Origin: a virus
Virus record (IMG/VR): IMGVR_UViG_3300021062_000001
DNA: 64,000 nucleotides
Direction: 5' to 3' (one strand)
Below the pieces are notes generated by a model. That model saw only the letters and a program-made list of their open reading frames with translations, made no database searches and had not been told where the DNA came from. A program made the position numbers and the translations under genes. Positions 42,620 to 50,367 of this stretch are shown one piece after another; the first letter of the stretch is position 1, and each line of letters starts with the position of its first letter.

Positions 42620-42648
42620 TTGACTTCCTGACAGCCGGTAAAGATACT
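42620..42648 (+). promoter_or_regulatory. sigma70-like promoter candidate for the 42693 gene
   Basis: TTGACT-N17-GATACT in a locally AT-rich intergenic island. Confidence 0.5.
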
Positions 42649-42672
42649 ACCCCCGAACGGGGGACGACACAA
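42644..42672 (-). promoter_or_regulatory. sigma70-like promoter candidate for csrA, GC mini-hairpin spacer
   Basis: Minus strand reads TTGTGT-N17(cgtCCCCCgttcGGGGG)-TAGTAT; its -10 overlaps the + strand -10. Confidence 0.45.
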
Positions 42673-42692
42673 GCAACACTGGACACATTGCC

Positions 42693-44396
42693 ATGGATGG
42701 CACGACGACCGCGCAAATCTGTCTTCCGCGGGTGGAGCTGCCCCCGAGCGGACTGAACAACGCCCGCTTGGCCTTGTCGAAGCTGGGTGAGGCCCGAGCC
42801 CTCGCCGAAGAGGTGGCTTCCGCGGCTGCCGCCACGGACGTAAAACCCACCCTCGCTCAGCGTAAAGCCGGTAACTACAAGAAGGGGAAGGTCGCCATCC
42901 ATGGCCTTGTGGTCTCCGTCGAAAACCCTCGGGGCTCATACCGCGAGGGGACCGCACCGGACGGAAGCAAGTGGCGTACCAAGATGGAGCACCACTACGG
43001 CGCGATCACGGGTACGACAGGACGTGACGGCGACGCGGTCGACGTGTTCGTCGGCCCCGACCCCGACTGCGAGCTGGTGTTCGTGGTCAACCAGAACGAC
43101 CCGGCGACCGGCCGGTTCGACGAGCACAAGGTCATGCTCGGGTTCACGACCGAGGCCGACGCGCGGGCCGGGTACCTGGCCTGCTACGAGAAGGGGTGGA
43201 AGGGGCTCGGCTCGATCAAGCCGATGACCCTCGACGATTTCAAAAACCGGTTTTTGAAAGGCGACCTCACCAAGAGGGCCAAGGAAGGCGACCATGCCCG
43301 TAGCGAAGATGCCGCCGCAGAAGGTGAACCTGACCGGGAAGATCCTGCGGGGGAAGGACGGCCGCCGGCGGCAGATGGTCAGCGGCCAGCTCGTGATGCT
43401 CGACGGCCCGACGACGCCGGCGAGCAGGGCGGCGACTCCATCCTCGCCGGCCTCCCCGACGCCGCCGACCGGGAACCACCTGCTGTCGCCGCCGATGGTG
43501 ATCGCGGACGCGGACGGCCTGGCGAAGGCGGCGAGCCGGGGGCTGAAGGTGGGCGTGCTGCGGTACCCGGACGGGTCGCTGGCGGTGGTGCACGGCCTGT
43601 CGGGGAAGAACCTGCTGACGGACCGCGGCCGGATCGACATGATGGTGACGCAGGCGGGCCACGACCCGAAGCGGCTGGTGAAGTTCGGGGAGATGAAGGC
43701 GGCGGACGTGATCCGCTACCGGCGGGAGAACGCGAAGCTCGCGAACCAGCCGAGCGGGCGGATGAAGGAGGCGGACGCGGACGCTGGACCGATCTACTCG
43801 CTGGTCTCGTCGGGCCTGCTGACGAGCGAGGAGGCGATGGCGATCCTGGGGACGATCACGACGCCGACGCCGCAGACGCCGCACGGCCGGCTCCGGGCGA
43901 TGGGCTTCAAGGACGAGCTGATCGAGACGATCGTGCGGGACAGCCCGGCGTCGCCGACGATGCTGGCGTCGCCGGCGGCGGCCCCGCCGATGATCCCCAA
44001 GCCGGCCAAGGAGAGGAAGCGGCGGATCGACCAGCTCCCCGACCCAAGACCGTAGCCGTCGACCTCGACGGCACGCTCGCCGAGGAGTACGAGACGTTCG
44101 ACCCGAAGGTGATCGGCGAGCCGATGCCCGACGTCGTCGCCTGGCTCCGCAAGTTCAAGGCGACCGGGGCCGTCGTCATCATCTGGACCGTCCGCGGCGA
44201 CGACGCCCTGGTCAAGGCCTGGGCCGACAAGCACCAGATCCCGTACGACTACATCAACGAGAACCCGCACCAGCCGCCGGACAGCAGCGGCAAGCTCGTC
44301 GCCGACGTCTACCTCGACAACCGGGCGATCCGGGCGGAGGGGACGTGGGACGAGTTCGCGCCGGCGGTGCTGGAGCAACTTCAGGAGGCCGCATGA
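42693..44396 (+). CDS. open frame joining an InPase-like domain (N-terminus) and a HAD-phosphatase domain (C-terminus) through a ~260-codon off-frame-looking linker; gene structure unresolved
   Basis: N-terminus: AGNYKKGKVAIHGLVVSVENPRGSYREG...GRDGDAVDVFVGP. C-terminus: VAVDLDGTLAEE...IIWTVRGD. No stop in between and no start codon in front of the HAD part. Confidence 0.5.
   Translation: MDGTTTAQICLPRVELPPSGLNNARLALSKLGEARALAEEVASAAAATDVKPTLAQRKAGNYKKGKVAIHGLVVSVENPRGSYREGTAPDGSKWRTKMEHHYGAITGTTGRDGDAVDVFVGPDPDCELVFVVNQNDPATGRFDEHKVMLGFTTEADARAGYLACYEKGWKGLGSIKPMTLDDFKNRFLKGDLTKRAKEGDHARSEDAAAEGEPDREDPAGEGRPPAADGQRPARDARRPDDAGEQGGDSILAGLPDAADREPPAVAADGDRGRGRPGEGGEPGAEGGRAAVPGRVAGGGARPVGEEPADGPRPDRHDGDAGGPRPEAAGEVRGDEGGGRDPLPAGEREAREPAERADEGGGRGRWTDLLAGLVGPADERGGDGDPGDDHDADAADAARPAPGDGLQGRADRDDRAGQPGVADDAGVAGGGPADDPQAGQGEEAADRPAPRPKTVAVDLDGTLAEEYETFDPKVIGEPMPDVVAWLRKFKATGAVVIIWTVRGDDALVKAWADKHQIPYDYINENPHQPPDSSGKLVADVYLDNRAIRAEGTWDEFAPAVLEQLQEAA
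43236..43261 (+). promoter_or_regulatory. palindromic box copy 9 (GATTTCAAAAACCGGTTTTTGAAAGG)
   Basis: Core 43243-43254; inside ORF 42693..44396; 39 nt before ATG 43294. Confidence 0.55.
43294..44055 (+). CDS. hypothetical protein embedded in another frame of ORF 42693..44396
   Basis: AAGGAAGG SD. Very strong G at codon position 3 (GCG, CCG, ACG, CTG, GTG), unlike the GCC/GTC preference of flanking genes. Confidence 0.65.
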   Translation: MPVAKMPPQKVNLTGKILRGKDGRRRQMVSGQLVMLDGPTTPASRAATPSSPASPTPPTGNHLLSPPMVIADADGLAKAASRGLKVGVLRYPDGSLAVVHGLSGKNLLTDRGRIDMMVTQAGHDPKRLVKFGEMKAADVIRYRRENAKLANQPSGRMKEADADAGPIYSLVSSGLLTSEEAMAILGTITTPTPQTPHGRLRAMGFKDELIETIVRDSPASPTMLASPAAAPPMIPKPAKERKRRIDQLPDPRP

Positions 44397-44872
44397 CGTT
44401 CGATCCGAACAAGGTCCAGGTCGTTCCCGCGACCGAGGGCACGACCTACTCGATGATCCTCGGGCCGGACGGCAAGCCCGCCCCGGTCCCGCCCCCGGAG
44501 CCGCCGAAGCACCAGGTCGGCTTCTACGCCTACGAGACGGTCGGCTACACGCCGGTCGACCCGTACCCGCAGCCGGTGCCGACCGTCGAGGAGATCGCGG
44601 CCCGGTTCCGCGAGGCGCTGGTGCCGTTCATCGGGAAGACGAACGTGACGCAGCAGCTCGTCACGGCGATCAAGGAGCAGGTGGCAGACATCCTCGACGC
44701 GCACGGCCCGCGGTTCACGGTCGAGGCGGTGCCCGAGGAGTCGACGCCCGACAAGCTGACCGTGCGGATCAGGACCGACGACCCGGTCCTCGGCGCGATG
44801 CTCCGCGAGGCGATGAACGCCCCGACCGGCGACGCGTCGATCGAGATGGACTTCCAACCCGAGAAGCAGTGA
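44393..44872 (+). CDS. hypothetical protein
   Basis: ATG 44393 (ATGA overlap), CAGGAGG upstream. Confidence 0.65.
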   Translation: MTFDPNKVQVVPATEGTTYSMILGPDGKPAPVPPPEPPKHQVGFYAYETVGYTPVDPYPQPVPTVEEIAARFREALVPFIGKTNVTQQLVTAIKEQVADILDAHGPRFTVEAVPEESTPDKLTVRIRTDDPVLGAMLREAMNAPTGDASIEMDFQPEKQ

Positions 44873-45216
44873 TGCCCACAGCACAAGAGAAGGCCCACCG
44901 CCTGGAACGGCTGATCGCCCTGTACGGAACCGACGACGTCGAGGAGATCGCCCGCGCGCTGGGCTGCTCCGTCAACGACGTGACGCTCGACCACCTGCCC
45001 AACATGGGCGGCGACGGGTTCGGCAACCCGCCCCTCCCGCTGGTCATGAACACAACAACGGACAACACCCAAAATCCGTTGTTCAAATTGTGGCAGGACG
45101 GACAGACGAGGCCGTTGCATCCCCCGAAGAGGGGGTCCACAATAGGCGGTGCCGCACTGGAGGCCGCGGTGGCCGCAGTGGTAGACGGCTTGAAGGGTCC
45201 GGGTTTGCGTAAGTAG
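44869..45216 (+). CDS. hypothetical protein (possible HTH at N-terminus); 3' half has atypical low-GC3 codons
   Basis: GTG 44869 or ATG 44872; RLIALYGTDDVEEIARALGCSVNDV. Confidence 0.45.
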   Translation: MMPTAQEKAHRLERLIALYGTDDVEEIARALGCSVNDVTLDHLPNMGGDGFGNPPLPLVMNTTTDNTQNPLFKLWQDGQTRPLHPPKRGSTIGGAALEAAVAAVVDGLKGPGLRK

Positions 45217-45234
45217 CTGCCGCTCAGCTATACT
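45205..45234 (+). promoter_or_regulatory. sigma70-like promoter candidate upstream of nrdB
   Basis: TTGCGT-N18-TATACT. Confidence 0.4.
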
Positions 45235-45368
45235 GCCCCGGGCAATTTCAACGAATCGTGCGAAGGCAAGGAGGCCACACGTCAGCCTCCTCTTCGCGAC
45301 TATGTCAGGCCCGACCTAACCGCCGGCAAACGGTGGGTCGGGCGAGGAAGTTCTAGGAGAGCTGGACT

Positions 45369-46694
45369 ATGTCCCAGGTTCCAACAGCCGCGTCGCCGTC
45401 CCCCGACATCAAGGTCCGCAAGCGGTCGGGCAAGGTGGTCGACTTCGCGACGAAGAAGATCGTGCAGGCCGTGCGGCTCTGCCTCGTGAACGGGTGCCGC
45501 CGCGAGGACAACGACGACACGACGACGCTCGCCACGCGGGTCGCCGAACGCATCACGGTGATCCTCTCCCGCAACCCCGGCTCCACCGTCACGGTCGAGC
45601 ACATCCAAGACCTCGCCGAGACGGTGCTCATGTCGTTCGGCGAGCACGACGCCGCCAAGCACTACATCCTGTTCCGCGACGAGCGCCGCCGCCTGCGGGA
45701 AGAGCAGGAGGCCAAGCGGGTCTCGATCTTCAAGAAGCGCGAGGCGTTCAAGCCGTTCGAGTACCCCGACGTCGTCGCCTACAAGAAGGCGATCCAGCAC
45801 GCCTACTGGACCGTCGACGAGTTCGAGTTCATCAGCGACCACCACGAGTTCCACGTCAAGCTGCAGCCGTACGAGCGGGAGGCGATCACCCGCGCCCTGC
45901 TCGCCATCGCGCAGATCGAGGTCAGCGTCAAGCGGTTCTGGGCGAACATCGGGCTCCGCTTCCCGAAGGCCGAGATCGAGCAGGTGGGCATGGTGTTCGC
46001 GGAGAGCGAGGTCCGCCACGCCGACGCCTACTCGCACCTGCTGCAGGTCCTCGGGCTCGACAGCGCGTTCGACGACATCCTCAAGGTCCCGGCCATCCGC
46101 GCCCGCGTCGACTACCTGCAGGAGTCCCTCAAGGGGGCCGGCAAGTCGGAGGACGACGAGTACGCCATGACCCTCGCCCTGTTCTCCCTGTTCGTGGAGA
46201 ACGTCTCGCTGTTCAGCCAGTTCGCGATCGTGAAGAGCTTCAACAAGCACCGGCAGGTGCTCAAGGACGTCGACAACGTCGTCCAGGCGACGCAGAAGGA
46301 AGAGCAGGTTCACGCCCTGTTCGGCGTCTGCCTCGTCAACCACATCCGCGCCGAGCGGCCCGAGTGGTTCGGGTCCGACTTCTACGACAGGCTCAACGCC
46401 ATCGCCCAACGGGCGTTCGAGGCGGAGTCCAAGATCATCGACTGGATCTTCGCGGAGGGCGAGCTGCCCTTCCTCCCGAAGGCGTCGCTGGTCGAGTTCA
46501 TCAAGCACCGCATGAACGAGAGCATCGCCATGATCGGCGGCTCGGGCCACTTCATCGTGGACGAGCAGGCGATCGAGGGCATGCGGTGGTTCACCGACGA
46601 GATCGCGGCCGACGTTCGCGCTGACTTCTTCCACAAGCGGAACGTGCTGTACACGCAGGGCGAGAAGGCGTACGACGCCAACTCGCTCTTCTGA
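45369..46694 (+). CDS. nrdB: class I ribonucleotide reductase small (radical-generating) subunit with N-terminal ATP-cone
   Basis: ATP-cone-like IKVRKRSGKVVDFATKKI...AAKHYILFR. Di-metal ligands ESEVRHADAY (E..H, Tyr at H+4), LFVENVSLF, KEEQVHALF. Confidence 0.85.
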   Translation: MSQVPTAASPSPDIKVRKRSGKVVDFATKKIVQAVRLCLVNGCRREDNDDTTTLATRVAERITVILSRNPGSTVTVEHIQDLAETVLMSFGEHDAAKHYILFRDERRRLREEQEAKRVSIFKKREAFKPFEYPDVVAYKKAIQHAYWTVDEFEFISDHHEFHVKLQPYEREAITRALLAIAQIEVSVKRFWANIGLRFPKAEIEQVGMVFAESEVRHADAYSHLLQVLGLDSAFDDILKVPAIRARVDYLQESLKGAGKSEDDEYAMTLALFSLFVENVSLFSQFAIVKSFNKHRQVLKDVDNVVQATQKEEQVHALFGVCLVNHIRAERPEWFGSDFYDRLNAIAQRAFEAESKIIDWIFAEGELPFLPKASLVEFIKHRMNESIAMIGGSGHFIVDEQAIEGMRWFTDEIAADVRADFFHKRNVLYTQGEKAYDANSLF

Positions 46695-46771
46695 TTTCCC
46701 GGCGGACGCTTCCCGACACTCGACCGGACCACGGCGGCCCCGCGCCGCCACGACGACCTTTGGGACAACTC

Positions 46772-48499
46772 ATGAGCACGAACGATTACGTCTGGCTGAA
46801 CCCCGACTCGCAACGCTTCCTCGAAATGGACTACCTGCTGCCCGGCCAGACGGTCGACCAGCGGGTCGACATCATCTGCAACCGCGCCGAAGAGATCCTG
46901 AACCGCGACGGCGTGAAGCGGCCGGGGTGGGCCGCGAGGTTCAAGGCGAACGTCAAGAAGGGCTGGTACAGCTTCTCGTCGCCGGTGTGGGCCAACTTCG
47001 GCGTCACCCGCGGGCTGCCGATCAGCTGCTTCGGCTGCAACATCAACGACAGCGTGAAGAGCATCATGCAGGCCCACTACGAGGCCGGCATGATGTCCAA
47101 GTACGGCGGCGGGACCAGCGGCTACTTCGGCAACATCCGACCGCGCGGCACCCCGATCAAGGACAACGGCGAGTCGGCCGGCACGGCCAACTTCGCCCTG
47201 ATGTTCGAGACGCTCATCAAGGTCATCAGCCAGGGCAGCACCCGCCGCGGGCAGTTCGCCGGCTACTGGCCGATCGAGCACGGCGACATCATGGAGGTCC
47301 TGCAGTTCCGCTCGAAGGGGCACGACATCAAGCAGATGTCCTTCGGCGTGTGCGTCCCCGACGAGTTCATGGAGCGGATGATCGGCGGCGACATGAAGGC
47401 CCGCCAGATCTGGGCCGAGGTCCTCAAGGCCCGCGCCCGCACCGGCTACCCGTACATCCTGTTCATCGACAACGCGAACAAGTACGCCGTCGACGTCTAC
47501 CGCGACAAGGGGATGCGGATCGTCGCGAGCAACCTGTGCACGGAGATCATGCTCCCGGCGACGGCCGGCGACTCGCTGACCGAGCAGGCGACCGGCGTCC
47601 GCACGACGGGCGGCGCGGCCGAGGAGGGCGAGAGCTTCGTGTGCGACCTCGGCTCGATGAACGACCGGTACTACGACGACTGGAAGGACACCGACGCCGT
47701 CCAGCTGAAGGTCGAGTTCCTCGACGCCGTCATGACGGACTTCATCGACCGGGCCACGGGCAAGGCCGGGATGGAGCGGGCCGTGCGGTTCGCGACCCGA
47801 CACCGCGCCCTCGGACTCGGACAGCTCGGGTACCACGACTACCTGCAGTACAAGAACGTGCCGTTCGAGAGCATGCAGGCCAAGCGGTACAACGCCGAGA
47901 TCTCGCAGACGATCCAGCGGCAGGCCCTCGAAGCGTCCCGCCGGCTCGCGGCCGACTACGGCGAGCCGGAAGTGCTCAAGGGGTACGGCCGGCGGAACAC
48001 GACGCTGACCGCGATCGCCCCGACGATGTCGTCCAGCTTCATCCTCGGCGGCGCGTCGCAGGGCATCGAGCCGTGGCAGGCGAACTACTTCATCCGCGAC
48101 CTGCAGAAGGGGAAGTTCACCATCGTCAACCAGCAGCTCAAGGCGGTGCTGGCGGCGAAGGGCAAGGACGACCGCGAGACGTGGGAGTCGATCCTCAAGC
48201 ACGGCGGCAGCGTCCAGCACCTCGACTGCCTCGACGCCCACGAGAAGGACGTCTACAAGACGTTCGCCGAGATCAACCCGATGGAGATCGTCGTGCAGGC
48301 GGCGCAGCGGCAGAAGTACCTGTGCCAGGGCCAGTCGACGAACCTGCTGATCGACCCCAAGGTGTCGGTGAAGGACGTCAACGCCCTGTACGTCGAGGCC
48401 TGGCGTCTCGGGGTGAAGTCGCTGTACTATCAGATCAACGAGAACGCCGCGCAGCAGTTGAGCCGGTCGATCCTCACCTGTTCGAGCTGCGAGGGCTGA
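46772..48499 (+). CDS. nrdA: class I ribonucleotide reductase large subunit (short form, no ATP-cone)
   Basis: ATG 46772; active-site SNLCTEIMLP; C-terminal CSSCEG Cys pair. Confidence 0.85.
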   Translation: MSTNDYVWLNPDSQRFLEMDYLLPGQTVDQRVDIICNRAEEILNRDGVKRPGWAARFKANVKKGWYSFSSPVWANFGVTRGLPISCFGCNINDSVKSIMQAHYEAGMMSKYGGGTSGYFGNIRPRGTPIKDNGESAGTANFALMFETLIKVISQGSTRRGQFAGYWPIEHGDIMEVLQFRSKGHDIKQMSFGVCVPDEFMERMIGGDMKARQIWAEVLKARARTGYPYILFIDNANKYAVDVYRDKGMRIVASNLCTEIMLPATAGDSLTEQATGVRTTGGAAEEGESFVCDLGSMNDRYYDDWKDTDAVQLKVEFLDAVMTDFIDRATGKAGMERAVRFATRHRALGLGQLGYHDYLQYKNVPFESMQAKRYNAEISQTIQRQALEASRRLAADYGEPEVLKGYGRRNTTLTAIAPTMSSSFILGGASQGIEPWQANYFIRDLQKGKFTIVNQQLKAVLAAKGKDDRETWESILKHGGSVQHLDCLDAHEKDVYKTFAEINPMEIVVQAAQRQKYLCQGQSTNLLIDPKVSVKDVNALYVEAWRLGVKSLYYQINENAAQQLSRSILTCSSCEG

Positions 48500-48576
48500 G
48501 CACGCCGGTAGTCGTGCGGGTGACGTAGCCCGCCGACGCTCACGGCAAGAGACCCCTCCGTTCTAGGAGACGCGCC

Positions 48577-48654
48577 ATGGCCACGAAGAAGGCTCCCGCG
48601 AAGAAGCCGGCCGCCAAGAAGCCGGCCGCGAAGAAGACGACCAAGGGCAAGTAA
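48577..48654 (+). CDS. 25-aa lysine-rich micro-ORF (MATKKAPAKKPAAKKPAAKKTTKGK)
   Basis: Not on the ORF track; AGGAG 7 nt upstream; followed by a strong terminator. Confidence 0.45.
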   Translation: MATKKAPAKKPAAKKPAAKKTTKGK

Positions 48655-48680
48655 GCCCGGTCGCCACGCACCACGAACAC

Positions 48681-48718
48681 GGACGCCCCGGGCCACGCTC
48701 GGGGCGTCCTGCTTTATT
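48681..48718 (+). terminator. strong intrinsic terminator
   Basis: 10-bp stem GGACGCCCCG / CGGGGCGTCC, 9-nt loop, then TGCTTTATT. Confidence 0.8.
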
Positions 48719-48771
48719 AGTCGGCCCCGCCCGTGGTATCATCGAAGGGCTGACAACACTGGAGACGCGAC

Positions 48772-49920
48772 ATGGAGGTCGAACCCATCCCCAGCGTTGA
48801 GGAGATGGCCGCTTGGATGCGGCTGCCCCTCGCCGCCCTCAAACAGGCAGAGGACCTGGCCGCGACGGCCTGGGACCTCCGCCAGTCGTTGCGCGGCGTC
48901 TACACGTCCGTCCCGGTCGGCGTGTACGTCCGCAGCCTGCACGACGGGTCGGTCAAGCTGGCCGCCGTCTGCGACGACACCGGCCTCGCCACCCCGCAGG
49001 ACCTCGCCCTCGTCAAGTCCGCCGTCTCCCGCGTGGCCGACAACGCCGGCTGCCTCGACCTCACCGAGTTCAACGCCGAGGCCGCCCTGAGCCAGTGGAC
49101 GAAGGTCGCGTACAGCCCCTTCCTCCGCCGCACCGGCGAGCTGCTGAACTTCTTCCCCGGCAAGTACCCCGGCGGCATCCCCAACTCGCCCGGCCCCGTC
49201 CAGTCGATGCTGACGAGCGGGCTGGTCGGCGCTGGCCTCGGGTACGGTGCCGGGTGGGCCGCCGAGAAGCTGATGCCGCAGACGTGGAAGAAGGGGCGGC
49301 TTCGCAAGACGCTGGCCGTCGCCGGCGGGCTGGCCGGGGCCGTGCCCGGGGCGATCTGGGCCGGCTCGAACCTGCAGCAGGGGAAGGGCTTCAACGACAA
49401 CTCGCTCCTCACGCAGCCCACGCAGATGAGCCCACAGGACATGCCGTGGAAGGCGGCGTTCGACTCGATCAAGCTGGGCACCCGGTACACCGAGGCGTGC
49501 GCCGCGTACGCCGAGAAGCTCGCCGCCGACAACGAGGGGATGCTCAAGGAGGCGTTCGGCGACTCCTTCGCGACCAGCTACGGCTCCGCCCCGCCGCCGA
49601 GCCCCATGAGCGTCAACGTCGACGCGATGGGCCGCACGCTGTGGGAGACCGGGGCCAGCCCGCAGACGGCGGGGATGACGATGGGTGCCCTCGCGGCCGC
49701 CCAGCAGATGCCCGGCGGCGACCAGCCCGGCTTCGTCACCCCGGCTCAGATGGCGAACCTGGCCGTCCACATGGGGGCCGGGTATCTTTCCGGGGCCGTC
49801 GTGGGTCACACGCTCGGCCTCCTCACCGGCATGCCGGATTCCACCGTGGATCGTCTGAAGCAGACGGGCATGTACCTCGGGATCGTGAAGTCCGTTGTCC
49901 CGAGGCTGTTCGGTCAGTGA
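48772..49920 (+). CDS. hypothetical protein with Gly-rich hydrophobic segments
   Basis: 382 aa; LTSGLVGAGLGYGAGWAA, LAVAGGLAGAVPGAIWAG. Confidence 0.65.
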   Translation: MEVEPIPSVEEMAAWMRLPLAALKQAEDLAATAWDLRQSLRGVYTSVPVGVYVRSLHDGSVKLAAVCDDTGLATPQDLALVKSAVSRVADNAGCLDLTEFNAEAALSQWTKVAYSPFLRRTGELLNFFPGKYPGGIPNSPGPVQSMLTSGLVGAGLGYGAGWAAEKLMPQTWKKGRLRKTLAVAGGLAGAVPGAIWAGSNLQQGKGFNDNSLLTQPTQMSPQDMPWKAAFDSIKLGTRYTEACAAYAEKLAADNEGMLKEAFGDSFATSYGSAPPPSPMSVNVDAMGRTLWETGASPQTAGMTMGALAAAQQMPGGDQPGFVTPAQMANLAVHMGAGYLSGAVVGHTLGLLTGMPDSTVDRLKQTGMYLGIVKSVVPRLFGQ

Positions 49921-49955
49921 GACGGACACGCGCGCGAAGCAAGGAGGCTTCGATC

Positions 49956-50300
49956 ATGGGACAGAAACAGCACGGCGTCGAAGGCCAGACCTCGGTCCCC
50001 CCGGGACTGCAGGCCCTTTACCGCTCGCTCAAGGAGATCAAGGACAGCGCCCAGTGCGGCGTCGACAAGCCCGAGGCCGTTACGCGGATGGTCGTGCTCG
50101 ACGCGCTCATGCTGTTCGCGAAGCTGACGGGCAGGCCGCCCCGCCTGATCCACATCCCGCCCTCGCTGGAGGCCGTGCTGCAGATCGACCGGGGCCAGAA
50201 CCTGGGCATGCCGTCCAAGACGCACGGCAAGCTCCGGGAGCACGAGCTGGTGTTCACCTGCCGCCCCGTGTGGGACGCGGCCGAGTTTCGTGTAGAATGA
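49956..50300 (+). CDS. hypothetical protein
   Basis: ATG 49956 after AAGGAGG; tail of ORF 48813..50300. Confidence 0.6.
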   Translation: MGQKQHGVEGQTSVPPGLQALYRSLKEIKDSAQCGVDKPEAVTRMVVLDALMLFAKLTGRPPRLIHIPPSLEAVLQIDRGQNLGMPSKTHGKLREHELVFTCRPVWDAAEFRVE

Positions 50301-50320
50301 ACCCGAACGGGGGGACGGGC

Positions 50321-50346
50321 GTTCTAAAAACCGGTTTTGAGAAGTT
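50321..50346 (+). promoter_or_regulatory. palindromic box copy 10 (GTTCTAAAAACCGGTTTTGAGAAGTT)
   Basis: Core 50327-50338; 29 nt before ATG 50368. Confidence 0.6.
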
Positions 50347-50367
50347 TCCCACGGAAGGGTTTGACAG

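Noticed and set aside
44020-44060. Programmed -1 frameshift joining the 43294 gene to the HAD module
   Set aside because: No canonical X XXY YYZ slippery heptamer or downstream pseudoknot-like structure could be seen near the frame-1 stop at 44053-44055. The idea stays within the broader frame-puzzle finding only.
45217-45368. NrdR box or cobalamin riboswitch upstream of the RNR genes
   Set aside because: No tandem NrdR-type palindromes and no B12-box-like sequence were seen. The RNR is class I (di-metal/Tyr), which does not need B12.
50285-50320. The CCCGAACGGGGGGACG copy at 50302-50318 as a fifth hairpin-spacer promoter (a TAGAAT -10-like hexamer lies at 50293-50298)
   Set aside because: In either orientation the flanking hexamers at 17-nt spacing do not resemble a -35. 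TAGAAT overlaps the stop codon of the 49956 gene and has no TTG-type partner. It is noted only as a loose copy of the mini-hairpin.
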